Source: Candidatus Latescibacterota bacterium (GTDB lineage Bacteria > Latescibacterota > UBA2968 > UBA8231). From it: a DNA stretch of 64,000 bases. The stretch lies in NCBI GenBank assembly GCA_965243025.1, contig CBDETY010000003.1, forward strand, positions 1,504,001-1,568,000. The letters run 5' to 3'. The notes beneath the pieces were generated by a model, which saw only the letters and a program-made list of their open reading frames with translations, had not been told where the DNA came from and searched no databases. Shown piece after piece: positions 19,072-30,701 of the stretch (position 1 is its first letter; every line of letters begins with the position of its first letter). Position numbers and translations under genes: made by a program.

Positions 19072-19614
19072 ATGGAAAACACCTACAGAAAGCTGATCGA
19101 ACAGATCGGGGAGAACCCCGACCGCGAAGGACTGGCGTACACCCCCGAACGGGCCGCCAGGGCCATGGAGTACCTCACCCAGGGGTACCGGTCCTCCCCG
19201 GCCGAGGCGGTCGGGGATGCCATCTACGATTCCTGCTCCGACGAAATGGTGGTGGTCAAGAACATCGAGCTGTACTCGCTGTGCGAGCACCACATCCTGC
19301 CGTTCTTCGGCAAGTGCCACGTCGCCTATCTGCCAAGGGGCAGGGTGATCGGGCTGTCGAAGGTGGCGCGCATCGTCGACGTGTTCGCCCGCCGTCTGCA
19401 GATCCAGGAAAACCTCACCATGGAGATCGCCGACTCCCTGATGGATCTGCTCAATCCCCTCGGAGTGGGAGTCGTAATCCAGGCGCGCCACCTGTGCATG
19501 ATGATGCGCGGCGTGGAGAAGCAGAACTCCGAGATGGTGACTTCCCGCATGCTGGGAAGCTTCCGGGAAAACGGCCAGACGAGGTCCGAGTTCCTATCCC
19601 TGATCGCGGACTGA
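19072..19614 (+). CDS. folE: GTP cyclohydrolase I
   Basis: [52 protein letters not shown] at 19072. Confidence 0.96.
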   Translation: MENTYRKLIEQIGENPDREGLAYTPERAARAMEYLTQGYRSSPAEAVGDAIYDSCSDEMVVVKNIELYSLCEHHILPFFGKCHVAYLPRGRVIGLSKVARIVDVFARRLQIQENLTMEIADSLMDLLNPLGVGVVIQARHLCMMMRGVEKQNSEMVTSRMLGSFRENGQTRSEFLSLIAD

Positions 19615-22600
19615 GCCCGGCAGTCCGGGCAGGCGCGGCGATCGCCTGCGCCGCGGCGCTGTTTTCCGCCGGAACCGGGGCAGCGGAGAATCCCCCGTAC
19701 GCGCCGGGGGAGGTCCTGGTCCGGTGGTCGCAGGGGACCGCGGCCAAGATCGCCGCAGGATGGCCGTCGCTTCTCGACCGGTTGCCCCCGGAGTACGGCT
19801 GGGTCGAGGAGACCCCCGTCGTTTCCCGAGGGACGCGTGCGGCTGCCAAGGCGAGCGCCGGCGCTTCCGGCATGGCTGCCTGGAGCCTGTTGCGCTACAG
19901 CGCCGGTACCGATCCGGCCGCGGTCGCCTCGGACCTGCGCGGCCGCCCCGTGGTGGCCCGCGCCCAACCCAACTACCTCCGCACCTTCGCCTCCCCTCCG
20001 GACGACCCGCTGTTCGCCGAGCAGAACAACCTCGCCGCCATCGGCTGGGACCAGTCGCTGGCAAGCGGCGGCGGAGTGGTCGTCGCCATCATCGATTCCG
20101 GCATCGACCGGGAGCACCCCGACCTCGCCTCCCAGCTGTGGCGCAACCCGGAGGAGGCGGCCGGGCGGGCCGGGGTGGACGACGACGGCAACGGCTACGT
20201 CGACGACGTGACCGGCTGGGACTTCACCGACGCCCCGGGGCTGCCCGGGGACGGGGATTTCCGGGTCCGCGACCCCGACCCGGATGACGAGTCCGGGCAC
20301 GGAACGCACGTGGCCGGTATCGTCGCCGCGGCGGCCGGCAACGGCATCGGCGTCGCCGGGGTCGCGCCCGGGGTGAGACTGATGGCCCTGCGCGCCGGTT
20401 TCACGGTCTCCGGCTCCGGTTTCCTCGAGGACGACGACATCGCCGCGGCCGCGGTGTACGCCGTCGACCACGGCGCCGACATCCTCAACATGAGCTTCGG
20501 AGATCCGGTCTCTTCCCCCGTAATCAGGGACGTCGTCCGTTACGCGCAGTCCGCCGGCTGCCTCGTGGTGGCCGCCGTCGGCAACGAGGGGAGCGACGAG
20601 GTCTTCTACCCGGCCCGCATGGAGGAGGTCGTGGCCGTGGCCGCCGCCGACGACGAGGGCAGGCCGCTCGCCTTCTCCAACCGGGGGTACAGCGTCGACA
20701 TCGCCGCCCCCGGGTTCCTCGTCCACGGACCTGTGCCCGGCGGGGAGTACGCGCAGCGCTCCGGGACGTCGATGGCGACAGCCCATGTCTCGGGCGTCGC
20801 CGCGGTCGCCTGGTCGCGACAGCCGCAGCTCACCGCCGGGCAGGTGCGCGGCGCCCTGGCCAACGGCGCCGCGGATGTCGGCGCCCCGGGATGGGACCGC
20901 TGGTCGGGAGCGGGCCTGGTCCAGATGGCCGCGGCCCGCATCGGCGATCCGGCCGCGGTAGCCCTCACCGAGCCGGCTTCCGGGGTTGTCCGCGCCGGGG
21001 AGGTGACCGTGCGCGGCCGCGTCTGGGGGGAAGGGGTGGAGTACGACCTCACCTGGGGGCGCGGATCTTTTCCGGAGTCCCGCGAGCTCCTTCTCAGCGG
21101 GAGAACCAGTGGGGCTGCCAATCGGTTCGAGGCCACCTGGCCGGCAGCGGATCTCCCTCCCGGTCCGTATCTGCTGCGGCTGCTTGCTGTCGCGGGGGCG
21201 CACAGGCATTCGCAGCGGATCCTGCTCGATCTCCGGCCCGCCGCGGCCGAGGTGTCGGACCTGCGCCTGGCGCGCGCCCTGGACGGAGCGGGGTGGACAG
21301 ATATCCTGCGGTGGGAAACGAGCGCCCCCGAGGCGGGGACTGTGACCCTGCTCGAGGCGGCATCGGGCGACACGGTGTTTCAGATCCCCCTGGGCTCGGA
21401 TCGCCTCGAGCACTCCGTTCCCCTGCCGGCAGATCTCGTACCCGGAGAGTACACGGCCATCGTTCTGCCTGCCGCCGGCGCAGCGGAAAGCGCAGGAAGG
21501 CTGGACATCGCCATCGGCGGTACCGGCATCCACCGCTGGACCCTCAGGCAATCCGGCACGATCCCCGACGGGTACCTGCTGCCGCAGCCGACCGATTTCG
21601 ACGGCGACGGAATCCCGGAGATCGTCGCCATGGGGTACGGCGGCCCCGGGTACAACCCCGCCGGCTTCTTCGAGCTTCCCTCCGGTTCCCGCCCCGTTCA
21701 CCTCTCCTCGAGGCCGTTCATCCCGTGGAACGCCCACGACCTCGACGGCGACGGCAGGGGGGAGATCATGGCGGTCGATGCCGAGCGGGTGCGCCTGGTC
21801 GAGACCGCGGAGCACGGATCCTTTCCGACCGAGGTGGTCTTCGAGATCACGGAGGTCTGGGGGGGCGAGGTGGGGGACGGGGACGGCGACGGCCGCATGG
21901 AGATGTTCCTGCGCTCCAGCCGTTCCGAGCAGTTCCGGGTCTTCGAGAACAGCGGCGGCGATTCCTTCGAGGGGACCGGGACCCTGCCGAACCCCTCCGA
22001 AGGCCTGGACGGGCTGGGGGACCGCCAGGTCGCCGGTGACCTCGACGGCGACGGCAGCCTCGAGCTGCTCGCCGGAGACGAGGACGGGGACATCTTCATC
22101 TACGAGAGCATCGCCGACGACACCTGGCGCAACACCTGGCTCGAGCGCCTGGAAGCGGGAGACAGCCGCGTGCTGGGGGGGCCGTTCGACACCGACGCCG
22201 ACGGCCGGCTCGAGTTCGCGGTGGCCAGCCTGGCGGCGAACCTGTTCGACCCTGGGGAGACGATATGGACGCTGGCAGTTCTCGAAGCCGCCGGGGACAA
22301 CCGCTACGAAACGCGCTGGAGCTTCGAGGTCATCGGGGGAGCGAGCGCGGGCAACGGAATCAGCTCCGGGGATTTCGACGCCGACGGTGTTCCGGAGATC
22401 GCCGTCGCCCTGGTGCCCGACCTCTACCTGCTGAGAGCGGATCCTGCCGGGGCCTTGGAGCCTGTCTGGCACATGGAGGTCTCGAGGGTGAACCGGCCCC
22501 TGGTCGCCGACGTCGACGCCGACGGGGTCGTCGATCTCGTCGCCAACTCGGAGGATGCCCTGCAGGTGCATTCGCTGCCTTTTGCCGACAACCAGGGGCT

Positions 22601-23753
22601 TCGTCTCGATGCCCCGGCCAGCTTCTCGGCGCACGCCGGGGGAGAGGGGTCGGTCCTGCTCTCCTGGACCGCCGCAGCGGGCGCGCGCAGCTACCGCATT
22701 TTCCGCGCGGACGGGAACGAGGGGGAGCTGCCGGTGCTGGTGGAGTCGCTGCGCGAAACCGGTTACGAAGACCGGGATGTCCTGGCCGGCAGTCCATACA
22801 GATACGCGGTTGCCGCCCTGGATTCGCTCTCGGGAGAACCCGGCCACCGGTCGCCGGAAGTCACGGTCACTCCGGAGCCGAACCCCCGGATCGAAGCGGT
22901 CCTGCGGGCGGCGGAAAATCAGCTTTCGGTGCGGTTCGACACGGAAATGGGCGGCGAGATCGGCGAGCACTTCCGCTACCGGGTCGAGGGATTCGGCATT
23001 GCCGGATCCGCCGCGGTGCACGCAGGGGCCAGGCGGGTGCTTCTCACCTTCTCCGCTCTGCCGGCCGAGGGGGAGCTGGCCCTGGTGACCAGGGGTCTTC
23101 GCAACAGCAGGGGGACCCCCCTCGATGCGGACCGGTTCCTTTTCGCCCTGTCCCCCCGGGCTGCGGCGATACGCCTTGTGAGGGCCGAGCCCGAATCGCC
23201 GACCCGCCTCGTCCTGCACTTCAGCGAGCCGGTGGTGCTGGATGCGCAGGGAGCGCCGGGGGACAGGACGGGGATCGCCCGCCGCCACTTCGAGATCGAC
23301 GGAGGCCGCGTGCGCGTCGAGGACCTGATCCTCGATGACGGCCGGGTCATCCTGCTGTTGTCGGAAGAGACGCCCCTGCGGGCGGCGGGACGGCGCTACG
23401 AGGTCGCCCTTGTCGATCTCGCCGACGGCACCGGCCGCCCTGTCGAGGGTGCGGTCCTGGTCCAGCTGTCCCCGTCTTCACTCTCGGAGGTGTCGGTGTT
23501 TCCCAATCCCTTCGACCCCGCCCTCGGCGAGGTCACCGTTGCCGGCCTGCCGGTCGCCTCCGAGGTCACGGTGGCGACGATTTCCGGAGAGGTGGTCTGG
23601 ACGCAGTCGGAAGAGGACGGGGACGGGGGATTGCGCTGGAACGGCCGCAACGCCTACGGGAGACCGGTCGATTCCGGGCTGTACCTGGTGCGGGTCGGCC
23701 ACCGGGGCGTTACGAGGCTGCGCAAGCTCGCGGTAATCCGGGGCGCTGAGTGA
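19611..23753 (+). CDS. Secreted S8 subtilisin-like protease with FG-GAP/VCBS repeats, Fn3/Ig-like domains and FlgD/T9SS-like C-terminal domain
   Basis: Triad IIDSG / HGTHVAG / SGTSMA. Repeated D-x-D-G-D-G-x-x-E motifs; VFPNPF...WNGRN...VDSGLYLV tail. Signal peptide begins at the folE stop; CTG start inferred. Confidence 0.88.
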   Translation: MSPAVRAGAAIACAAALFSAGTGAAENPPYAPGEVLVRWSQGTAAKIAAGWPSLLDRLPPEYGWVEETPVVSRGTRAAAKASAGASGMAAWSLLRYSAGTDPAAVASDLRGRPVVARAQPNYLRTFASPPDDPLFAEQNNLAAIGWDQSLASGGGVVVAIIDSGIDREHPDLASQLWRNPEEAAGRAGVDDDGNGYVDDVTGWDFTDAPGLPGDGDFRVRDPDPDDESGHGTHVAGIVAAAAGNGIGVAGVAPGVRLMALRAGFTVSGSGFLEDDDIAAAAVYAVDHGADILNMSFGDPVSSPVIRDVVRYAQSAGCLVVAAVGNEGSDEVFYPARMEEVVAVAAADDEGRPLAFSNRGYSVDIAAPGFLVHGPVPGGEYAQRSGTSMATAHVSGVAAVAWSRQPQLTAGQVRGALANGAADVGAPGWDRWSGAGLVQMAAARIGDPAAVALTEPASGVVRAGEVTVRGRVWGEGVEYDLTWGRGSFPESRELLLSGRTSGAANRFEATWPAADLPPGPYLLRLLAVAGAHRHSQRILLDLRPAAAEVSDLRLARALDGAGWTDILRWETSAPEAGTVTLLEAASGDTVFQIPLGSDRLEHSVPLPADLVPGEYTAIVLPAAGAAESAGRLDIAIGGTGIHRWTLRQSGTIPDGYLLPQPTDFDGDGIPEIVAMGYGGPGYNPAGFFELPSGSRPVHLSSRPFIPWNAHDLDGDGRGEIMAVDAERVRLVETAEHGSFPTEVVFEITEVWGGEVGDGDGDGRMEMFLRSSRSEQFRVFENSGGDSFEGTGTLPNPSEGLDGLGDRQVAGDLDGDGSLELLAGDEDGDIFIYESIADDTWRNTWLERLEAGDSRVLGGPFDTDADGRLEFAVASLAANLFDPGETIWTLAVLEAAGDNRYETRWSFEVIGGASAGNGISSGDFDADGVPEIAVALVPDLYLLRADPAGALEPVWHMEVSRVNRPLVADVDADGVVDLVANSEDALQVHSLPFADNQGLRLDAPASFSAHAGGEGSVLLSWTAAAGARSYRIFRADGNEGELPVLVESLRETGYEDRDVLAGSPYRYAVAALDSLSGEPGHRSPEVTVTPEPNPRIEAVLRAAENQLSVRFDTEMGGEIGEHFRYRVEGFGIAGSAAVHAGARRVLLTFSALPAEGELALVTRGLRNSRGTPLDADRFLFALSPRAAAIRLVRAEPESPTRLVLHFSEPVVLDAQGAPGDRTGIARRHFEIDGGRVRVEDLILDDGRVILLLSEETPLRAAGRRYEVALVDLADGTGRPVEGAVLVQLSPSSLSEVSVFPNPFDPALGEVTVAGLPVASEVTVATISGEVVWTQSEEDGDGGLRWNGRNAYGRPVDSGLYLVRVGHRGVTRLRKLAVIRGAE

Positions 23754-23789
23754 AAGAGAAACGGGCGGGAGCTCGAAAGCCCCCGCCCG
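23752..23789 (-). terminator. Rho-independent terminator of groEL (between convergent genes)
   Basis: Minus strand CGGGCGGGGGCT-TTCG-AGCTCCCGCCCG stem followed by TTTCTCTTT. Confidence 0.75.
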
Positions 23790-23819
23790 CCTTTGCCGGG
23801 AAACGCTGCCTGCCCGCCG

Positions 23820-25761
<1,942 letters not shown>

Positions 25762-25827
25762 GTGTGGGTCTCCTCGGTTTGGTGTGGGGAAGGCCGCGTC
25801 GGCCTTCCATGTGGCGGATGGTAGGGA

Positions 25828-25843
25828 TGCAATGATTGTGCCA
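25828..25843 (-). promoter_or_regulatory. Sigma54 (-24/-12) promoter of groESL
   Basis: Minus strand TGGCAC-AATCA-TTGCA, an exact match to TGGCAC-N5-TTGCW. Confidence 0.8.
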
Positions 25844-25874
25844 GTTCATTGTCAATGGCAGAAAAGGCCAGTAA

Positions 25875-25887
25875 AATCAATAGGTTG
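25875..25887 (+). promoter_or_regulatory. IHF-like binding site
   Basis: AATCAA-TAGG-TTG matches WATCAR-N4-TTR, about 30 bp upstream of the -24 box in an AT-rich patch. Confidence 0.6.
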
Positions 25888-25972
25888 AGAAAAAATCCCC
25901 GGATCCTTTCGGAGATGGACATTTTCCAATAATGAGAATAAAATCGCCTTCTCCAATATGTGTAGTATATGA

Positions 25973-25985
25973 TAACTTACTGATT
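25973..25985 (-). promoter_or_regulatory. Second IHF-like site (also resembles the TetR operator half-site)
   Basis: Minus strand AATCAG-TAAG-TTA matches WATCAR-N4-TTR. Confidence 0.45.
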
Positions 25986-26172
25986 AGAAACAGGTTATTC
26001 GGTTATTTCCAAATTCAGGAAAATAAGCAGTGAAATTTCCCGATATGAGAACAATGCGAGCTGAATCGAGTGTCGGATGGGAGTCCGGAGCCAGGGCTTT
26101 CGCGCCTTCGGGAAAGAAGGGGCAGGGGGTCGGGTCAGGCCCCCGGCGAACGCTGTCTTGGGGAGATGAGGC

Positions 26173-26979
26173 TTGAGTTCTTCTTTCCGCGACAGCCGCA
26201 TGGTCGTTACCGGGGCGAGCTCGGGAATCGGCTGGCACCTGTCCCTTCAGCTCGCCCGGGAGGGAGCGCGCCTCGCTGTCGTCGCCAGGCGGGGGGAGCG
26301 GCTCCGCGGTCTCGCCGGGGAGATTGTGAAGGCCGGGGGACCGCAGCCGCTCGAGTGCATCTGCGACGTCGGAAGCTGGGAGGAGGTGCAGGAGGTGGAG
26401 GAACGGGTAGCGGCCGAGTTCGGCCATGTCGACGTACTCGTCAACAACGCGGGGCGCGGCGCCTGGGGGCCTCTGGCGCAGGCCGACCCGGCCGAGCTCG
26501 CAGCCGTTGTCCGCACCAACCTGACCGGGGTGGTCTACATGACCCGCGCCTTCCTTCCCGCAATGGTGGCGCGGGGTTCGGGGCACCTCGTTTTCGTCTC
26601 CAGCGTGCTCGGGGAACTCCCGGCTCCGCGCCACGCCGTGTACGGGAGCACCAAGTTCGCCGTCACCGCCCTCGCCGAGAGTCTTCGCCACGAGCTTGCG
26701 GCCGACAACATCGACGTGACTGCCGTCGAGCCCGGCCTGGTGCGGTCGGGTTTCGCCTCCGTAAGCGGGACCCCCGCGGTGCGCTTCGAGCAGCTGCCTT
26801 CGAAGAGCGCCGTCCGCACCGCGGAGGTGATTGCGTCCGCCATCCGCCGCAGGAGCAGACTGGCCGTCACCGATCCCTTGTCGGCGCAGGCCATCAGGGT
26901 GCGGCGGCATGCCCCGAGGCTGTTCTCCCGGCTGTTCGGCATCGCCTGCAGGCGCGCCTTCCGCAAGGATCCTTCCTGA
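26173..26979 (+). CDS. Short-chain dehydrogenase/reductase
   Basis: VTGASSGIG, LVNNAG, YGSTK (YxxxK). Confidence 0.92.
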   Translation: MSSSFRDSRMVVTGASSGIGWHLSLQLAREGARLAVVARRGERLRGLAGEIVKAGGPQPLECICDVGSWEEVQEVEERVAAEFGHVDVLVNNAGRGAWGPLAQADPAELAAVVRTNLTGVVYMTRAFLPAMVARGSGHLVFVSSVLGELPAPRHAVYGSTKFAVTALAESLRHELAADNIDVTAVEPGLVRSGFASVSGTPAVRFEQLPSKSAVRTAEVIASAIRRRSRLAVTDPLSAQAIRVRRHAPRLFSRLFGIACRRAFRKDPS

Positions 26980-27085
26980 GGGAGCGGGACAAGGCTGAAA
27001 GGGACTGGGATCCCCTCGTCGATCCCCTCGCGGAGAACTCGGGAGATGTGCTGGAGAGAGGGAGGGCTCGACGTCTGGTTCGAGC

Positions 27086-27901
27086 CTATACCGAACGGGG
27101 TCCGGCAAACGGCCGTTGCCCGGGCTCGTCGAGCTGCAGGCGGTAGACGGCGCCGGAGGCCTCGCTGACGAAGAGCTGGTCGAAGTCGATGCCGCCGAAG
27201 GTCATCCCGGCCGGGTTTCCGCCTGGGATCTCCAGGTTGTCGGAGACCGCCCCGTCGGGATCGACGACACAGATTCCGGCTCCTTCCTGGCCCACCAGCA
27301 GCATGCCGTGCGAATCGAGCAGCAGGGAGCCGGGACTGCCTCCGCTCAGTTCGACGAACACCTCGCGGTTGCCGGCGCTTCCGTCCTCCTCCAGCTCGAA
27401 GCTGAGGATCCTTCCCGCCCCCTGTTCAGCGACGAACAGGGTCATGGCATCGTCGAGCAGTACCAACCCCGAAGGAGAGGCCAGGTCTCCCGCCAGCTGT
27501 TCCACCTCGCCGTTGAGGTCGCAGTGGAAAAGCGACCCCCGGTCGGGGCCGGGGCCGGTGTCGCAGAAAAGCACTCCGCCTTCATGGGTGAAGCAGAGGT
27601 CCCGGGGCCCTGAGAAGCGGCGGCCGTGGCACTGGCTGGCGTACACCTCCACCGCCTCGTCGGGGGAGACCAGCAGCAGGTGATGCCTGCCGCTCTCGGC
27701 CACGAAGAGGTCCCCCGAGTCGTCGAAGGCGATTCCCATCGGACGCCCGCCCGTTTCGGCGAAGGGAATCAGCCTTCCCCCTTCCGATATCCTCGAAACG
27801 CGGCCGGCCCCCGACTCGGCGACGAAAAGCTGATCGTCGGCGTCGAACGCCAGGCCCTGGGGGGACGCCAGGTTCTCCGCTATCGGTTCCGCCGTGGGCA
27901 T
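27086..27901 (-). CDS. SMP-30/gluconolactonase-like beta-propeller protein
   Basis: Repeating P-x-G-L/I-A-F-D blades (SPQGLAFD, RPMGIAFD, GPRDLCF, SPSGLVL). Confidence 0.8.
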   Translation of the reverse strand: MPTAEPIAENLASPQGLAFDADDQLFVAESGAGRVSRISEGGRLIPFAETGGRPMGIAFDDSGDLFVAESGRHHLLLVSPDEAVEVYASQCHGRRFSGPRDLCFTHEGGVLFCDTGPGPDRGSLFHCDLNGEVEQLAGDLASPSGLVLLDDAMTLFVAEQGAGRILSFELEEDGSAGNREVFVELSGGSPGSLLLDSHGMLLVGQEGAGICVVDPDGAVSDNLEIPGGNPAGMTFGGIDFDQLFVSEASGAVYRLQLDEPGQRPFAGPRSV

Positions 27902-27910
27902 GGGTTCCGT

Positions 27911-28693
27911 TTACCAGCTGACGTATCCGCCGTCGACCAGCAGGGTCGAACCTGTGGTGAAACTGGAAGCGGGGGAGGCGAAGTACAGCACCGCGGTGGC
28001 CAGCTCCTCGGGGTCGCCCCAGCGTTCCATCGGAACCTTCGACTTCATCTGGCGGGAGGCTTCCGCGTCCTCGAGCAGGATATCGTTTATCGGCGTCGAA
28101 AACGGCCCCGGACAGATGGCGTTGACAGTGACCCCCGAAAGGGCCCATTCCAGCGCCAGGGTGCGCGTCAGCTGCACGATCCCCCCCTTGCTGGAAGCGT
28201 ACGGGGTGCGGCCCGCTATCGAGATGGAGGAGAGGGTGGAGCCGAGGTTGATGACGCGCCCGAACCCGCGTTCGACCATCACCGCTCCGGCGGCCCTGCA
28301 GTAGTAAAAGGGGCCGCTGAGGTTGATGTCGAGCACGGTCTGCCACTGCTCGTCGCCGAGCTCGAGGATCGGGGCGCGTATGTTGATGCCGGCGTTGTTG
28401 ACGAGGATGTCGATGGTTCCGAAACGATCGCACACCGCCGCGACCGAGGCGTCGACCTTGGCGCGGTCGCGGGCGTCCGCCTCGATGGCGAGCACCGGGT
28501 TGCCGGTGTGGGCTTCGATCGCCTGGGCGGCTGTTTGCAGCTCCTCGAGGTTGCGGCTGGTGACGGCGACCTGGGCACCAGCCCCGGACAGGGCGGCGGC
28601 CATCACCTCTCCGAGGCCCTTGCTGCCTCCGGTGACGAGAGCGGTCCTGCCGTCGAGGCGGAACAGCTCGGTCGAGCATTTCGGCAGTTTCAT
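27911..28693 (-). CDS. SDR, gluconate 5-dehydrogenase-like
   Basis: LFRLDGRTALVTGGSKGLG, NNAGINIR, YASSKGG, VNAICPG, LLVDGG. Confidence 0.9.
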   Translation of the reverse strand: MKLPKCSTELFRLDGRTALVTGGSKGLGEVMAAALSGAGAQVAVTSRNLEELQTAAQAIEAHTGNPVLAIEADARDRAKVDASVAAVCDRFGTIDILVNNAGINIRAPILELGDEQWQTVLDINLSGPFYYCRAAGAVMVERGFGRVINLGSTLSSISIAGRTPYASSKGGIVQLTRTLALEWALSGVTVNAICPGPFSTPINDILLEDAEASRQMKSKVPMERWGDPEELATAVLYFASPASSFTTGSTLLVDGGYVSW

Positions 28694-28829
28694 CGGGGAG
28701 GTTTCCGGTGAGGTGCTGGGTGGAACGAAGCGAGGGAGTTAAGCGCTTGTCTCGGTTGAAGCGGGGAAGCTGCTTTCGCGGGGGCGCCGTTGCTGGCTCA
28801 GGCGGCGGCCGGCTCGCCTCCGGAAGGGG

Positions 28830-29066
28830 TTACCATTGCTCGGCCTGGACCATCTCCTTGGCGAGCTCGCCGAGCTCCTCGACGAGGTCTTCCTTGTCCT
28901 GTGCGCGCGCCTTGCTGGTGATCTGCATGGTCAGGGCGATCAACCCGAGGCCGAAGATCCGCTGCAGGGATTCGGGCGCGTCCGGGTTGAGGTCGGGAAT
29001 CAGCTCGCTGAGCTTGTTGAGCAGATGGCGGTGCTTGTCCGACAGGTCGATGACTTCGAAAGACAT
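28830..29066 (-). CDS. Small hypothetical protein (78 aa)
   Basis: MSFEVIDLSDKHRHLL...EMVQAEQW. Normal amino-acid composition and host-like codon bias; fills an intergenic gap. Confidence 0.65.
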   Translation of the reverse strand: MSFEVIDLSDKHRHLLNKLSELIPDLNPDAPESLQRIFGLGLIALTMQITSKARAQDKEDLVEELGELAKEMVQAEQW

Positions 29067-29146
29067 GGCATTGGCGGCGAACTGCGGTCGCCTGTGGCGC
29101 GGAAGTATAGGGCATGCACCAGCCAGGCACAATGCGCCCGCATCCC

Positions 29147-29992
29147 TCAGGAAGCGGCCTCCGGGACTACCCGCTTTCCATCCCGTTTCAGGGTACTCCA
29201 GGGAGATTCGGGATCGTGATCCCAGGCGACGATCCAGCCCCCGGAGCAGGCGGCATCGATCCAGCGCTTCTTCTCGCGCAGGGTGTCGTGGGGGTACATG
29301 TCGTAGGCCATGATCCAGTAGGGGGACAGGTGGTGGCGCGTCGGGATAAGGTCCCCGGGGTAGAGCAGGGTCCGGCCCGCGTTTTCGACGATGACCGCCT
29401 GGTGCGCCGCGGTGTGCCCCCCGGTGAGGCGGGTGCGGACGCCCGCGGTGATGTCGGAGTCGCCGTCGAGGAAGCGCAGCCGGCCGCTGTCGGCGAGCTG
29501 CTGCAGGTCGGCGGCGGCGTAGCTGGTGCGCATGATGCTGCGGCCCGCCACGGCGTCCTCGAACTCCCTTCTCTGGACCCAGTACACGGCATTGGCGAAC
29601 GCCGGGCGCATGGAGCCGTCCTCTTCCGGGGCAAGGCTGCCCGCGGCGTGGTCGAAATGCAGGTGGGTCAGGACGACATGGGATATTTCGTCGCTCTCCA
29701 CCCCTGCGGCCTTCAGGTTGCCGACGAGGCCGGGGCCCGGGCCGATGGCGAAGATGTCCCGCTCCTTTTCGCTGAAGCGGTCTCCGCACCCGGTTTCCAC
29801 CAGCAGGTACTCCCCGGCGCTGCGCAGCAGCAGGCAGTTGCAGGCCATCGGGATCCGGTTGCGGTCGTCGGTGGGGCAGAGGGGCTCCCAGACGGGCCGG
29901 GGCACGACCCCGAACATGGCGCCCCCGTCGAGGCGGAAGCGTCCGCCGTCGATATGGGTGACGGAGATATCGCCGATTGTCAGGGTGCTCAT
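29147..29992 (-). CDS. Metallo-beta-lactamase fold hydrolase
   Basis: FRLDGGAMFGVVP, THLHFDH (HxHxDH), GGHT, GDLIP, MAYD. Confidence 0.92.
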   Translation of the reverse strand: MSTLTIGDISVTHIDGGRFRLDGGAMFGVVPRPVWEPLCPTDDRNRIPMACNCLLLRSAGEYLLVETGCGDRFSEKERDIFAIGPGPGLVGNLKAAGVESDEISHVVLTHLHFDHAAGSLAPEEDGSMRPAFANAVYWVQRREFEDAVAGRSIMRTSYAAADLQQLADSGRLRFLDGDSDITAGVRTRLTGGHTAAHQAVIVENAGRTLLYPGDLIPTRHHLSPYWIMAYDMYPHDTLREKKRWIDAACSGGWIVAWDHDPESPWSTLKRDGKRVVPEAAS

Positions 29993-30023
29993 GGAAACCG
30001 CGCCGGGGTTTGCCCCGCAAAGG

Positions 30024-30689
30024 TCAGGACAGGCCGCCTTTGCGTCGGGCCTGGTCCCATGCCTCCTTGAACTCCCGGATCGTCTCGACCGTACGGGGGT
30101 GGTGGACCATTTCCGGCAGGAACTTGAACGGAGTGGTGACTATGTGGGCCCCGGCGAGGAAGGCGCGGGGAATATCCCCGACCTGGCGCATGCTTCCGGC
30201 GATGATGCGGGCCTTGAATCCGCCCCGTTCGATGAATTCGGCGGTCTCGCCGATGGCGTGGCCGGAATCGGCCCCGAGGTCGTTGATGCGGCCCACGAAG
30301 AGACTCACGTAGGTCGCCCCGGCCATCATCGCCATCAGCGCCTGGCTCGAGTTCATCATGCAGGTGACGTTGACGCGGATGTCCCGCTCCCGTTCGAGCT
30401 CGTGGATGACTTCGACTCCCTCCAGGGACATCGGGATCTTGACGACGATGCGCGCATCCCAGGAGGCGTACTCGGCCGCTTCGGCCAGCATCTCCCCGAC
30501 CTCCTCGGCCACCACCTCGACGCTTACCGGCCCCGGGCAGCAGGCGAGGATCTCGCGGACCCGGGACTCGAAGCTGCCCGGCTCGGCCGCGGCGGCGAGC
30601 TTGGGGTTGGTGGTAACCCCCGAGATCACCCCGAGGGCGGCGGCCCGGCGGGCCTCTTCGATGTCGGCGGTATCGATGAAAAGTTCCAT
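30024..30689 (-). CDS. Transaldolase/fructose-6-phosphate aldolase family protein
   Basis: LFIDTAD, GVTTNP, VSVEV, VVKIP, VNVT, YVSLFVGRI. Confidence 0.92.
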   Translation of the reverse strand: MELFIDTADIEEARRAAALGVISGVTTNPKLAAAAEPGSFESRVREILACCPGPVSVEVVAEEVGEMLAEAAEYASWDARIVVKIPMSLEGVEVIHELERERDIRVNVTCMMNSSQALMAMMAGATYVSLFVGRINDLGADSGHAIGETAEFIERGGFKARIIAGSMRQVGDIPRAFLAGAHIVTTPFKFLPEMVHHPRTVETIREFKEAWDQARRKGGLS

Positions 30690-30701
30690 GAATGGCTTCC
30701 T

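Noticed and set aside
19065-19610. N-terminal extension of the 1562-aa ORF suggesting a folE-protease fusion or overprinting
   Set aside because: It is an Arg/Gly-rich alternate frame of folE; the real signal peptide begins at 19611.
21590-22545. Recurring GACGGCGACGGC-like nucleotide repeats
   Set aside because: They encode FG-GAP D-x-D-G-D-G protein motifs, not a DNA repeat array.
19326-23288. 1320-aa minus-strand ORF opposite the S8 protease
   Set aside because: Antisense shadow frame with no recognisable motifs; stop codons are scarce at this GC content.
25762-26070. CIRCE element, or horizontally acquired AT-rich insert, upstream of groES
   Set aside because: No TTAGCACTC-N9-GAGTGCTAA is present; the AT richness is explained by promoter and IHF sites.
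27009-27031. Short direct repeat GATCCCCTCG x2 between convergent genes
   Set aside because: Only two 10-bp copies with a 2-nt spacer; not CRISPR-like and plausible by chance.
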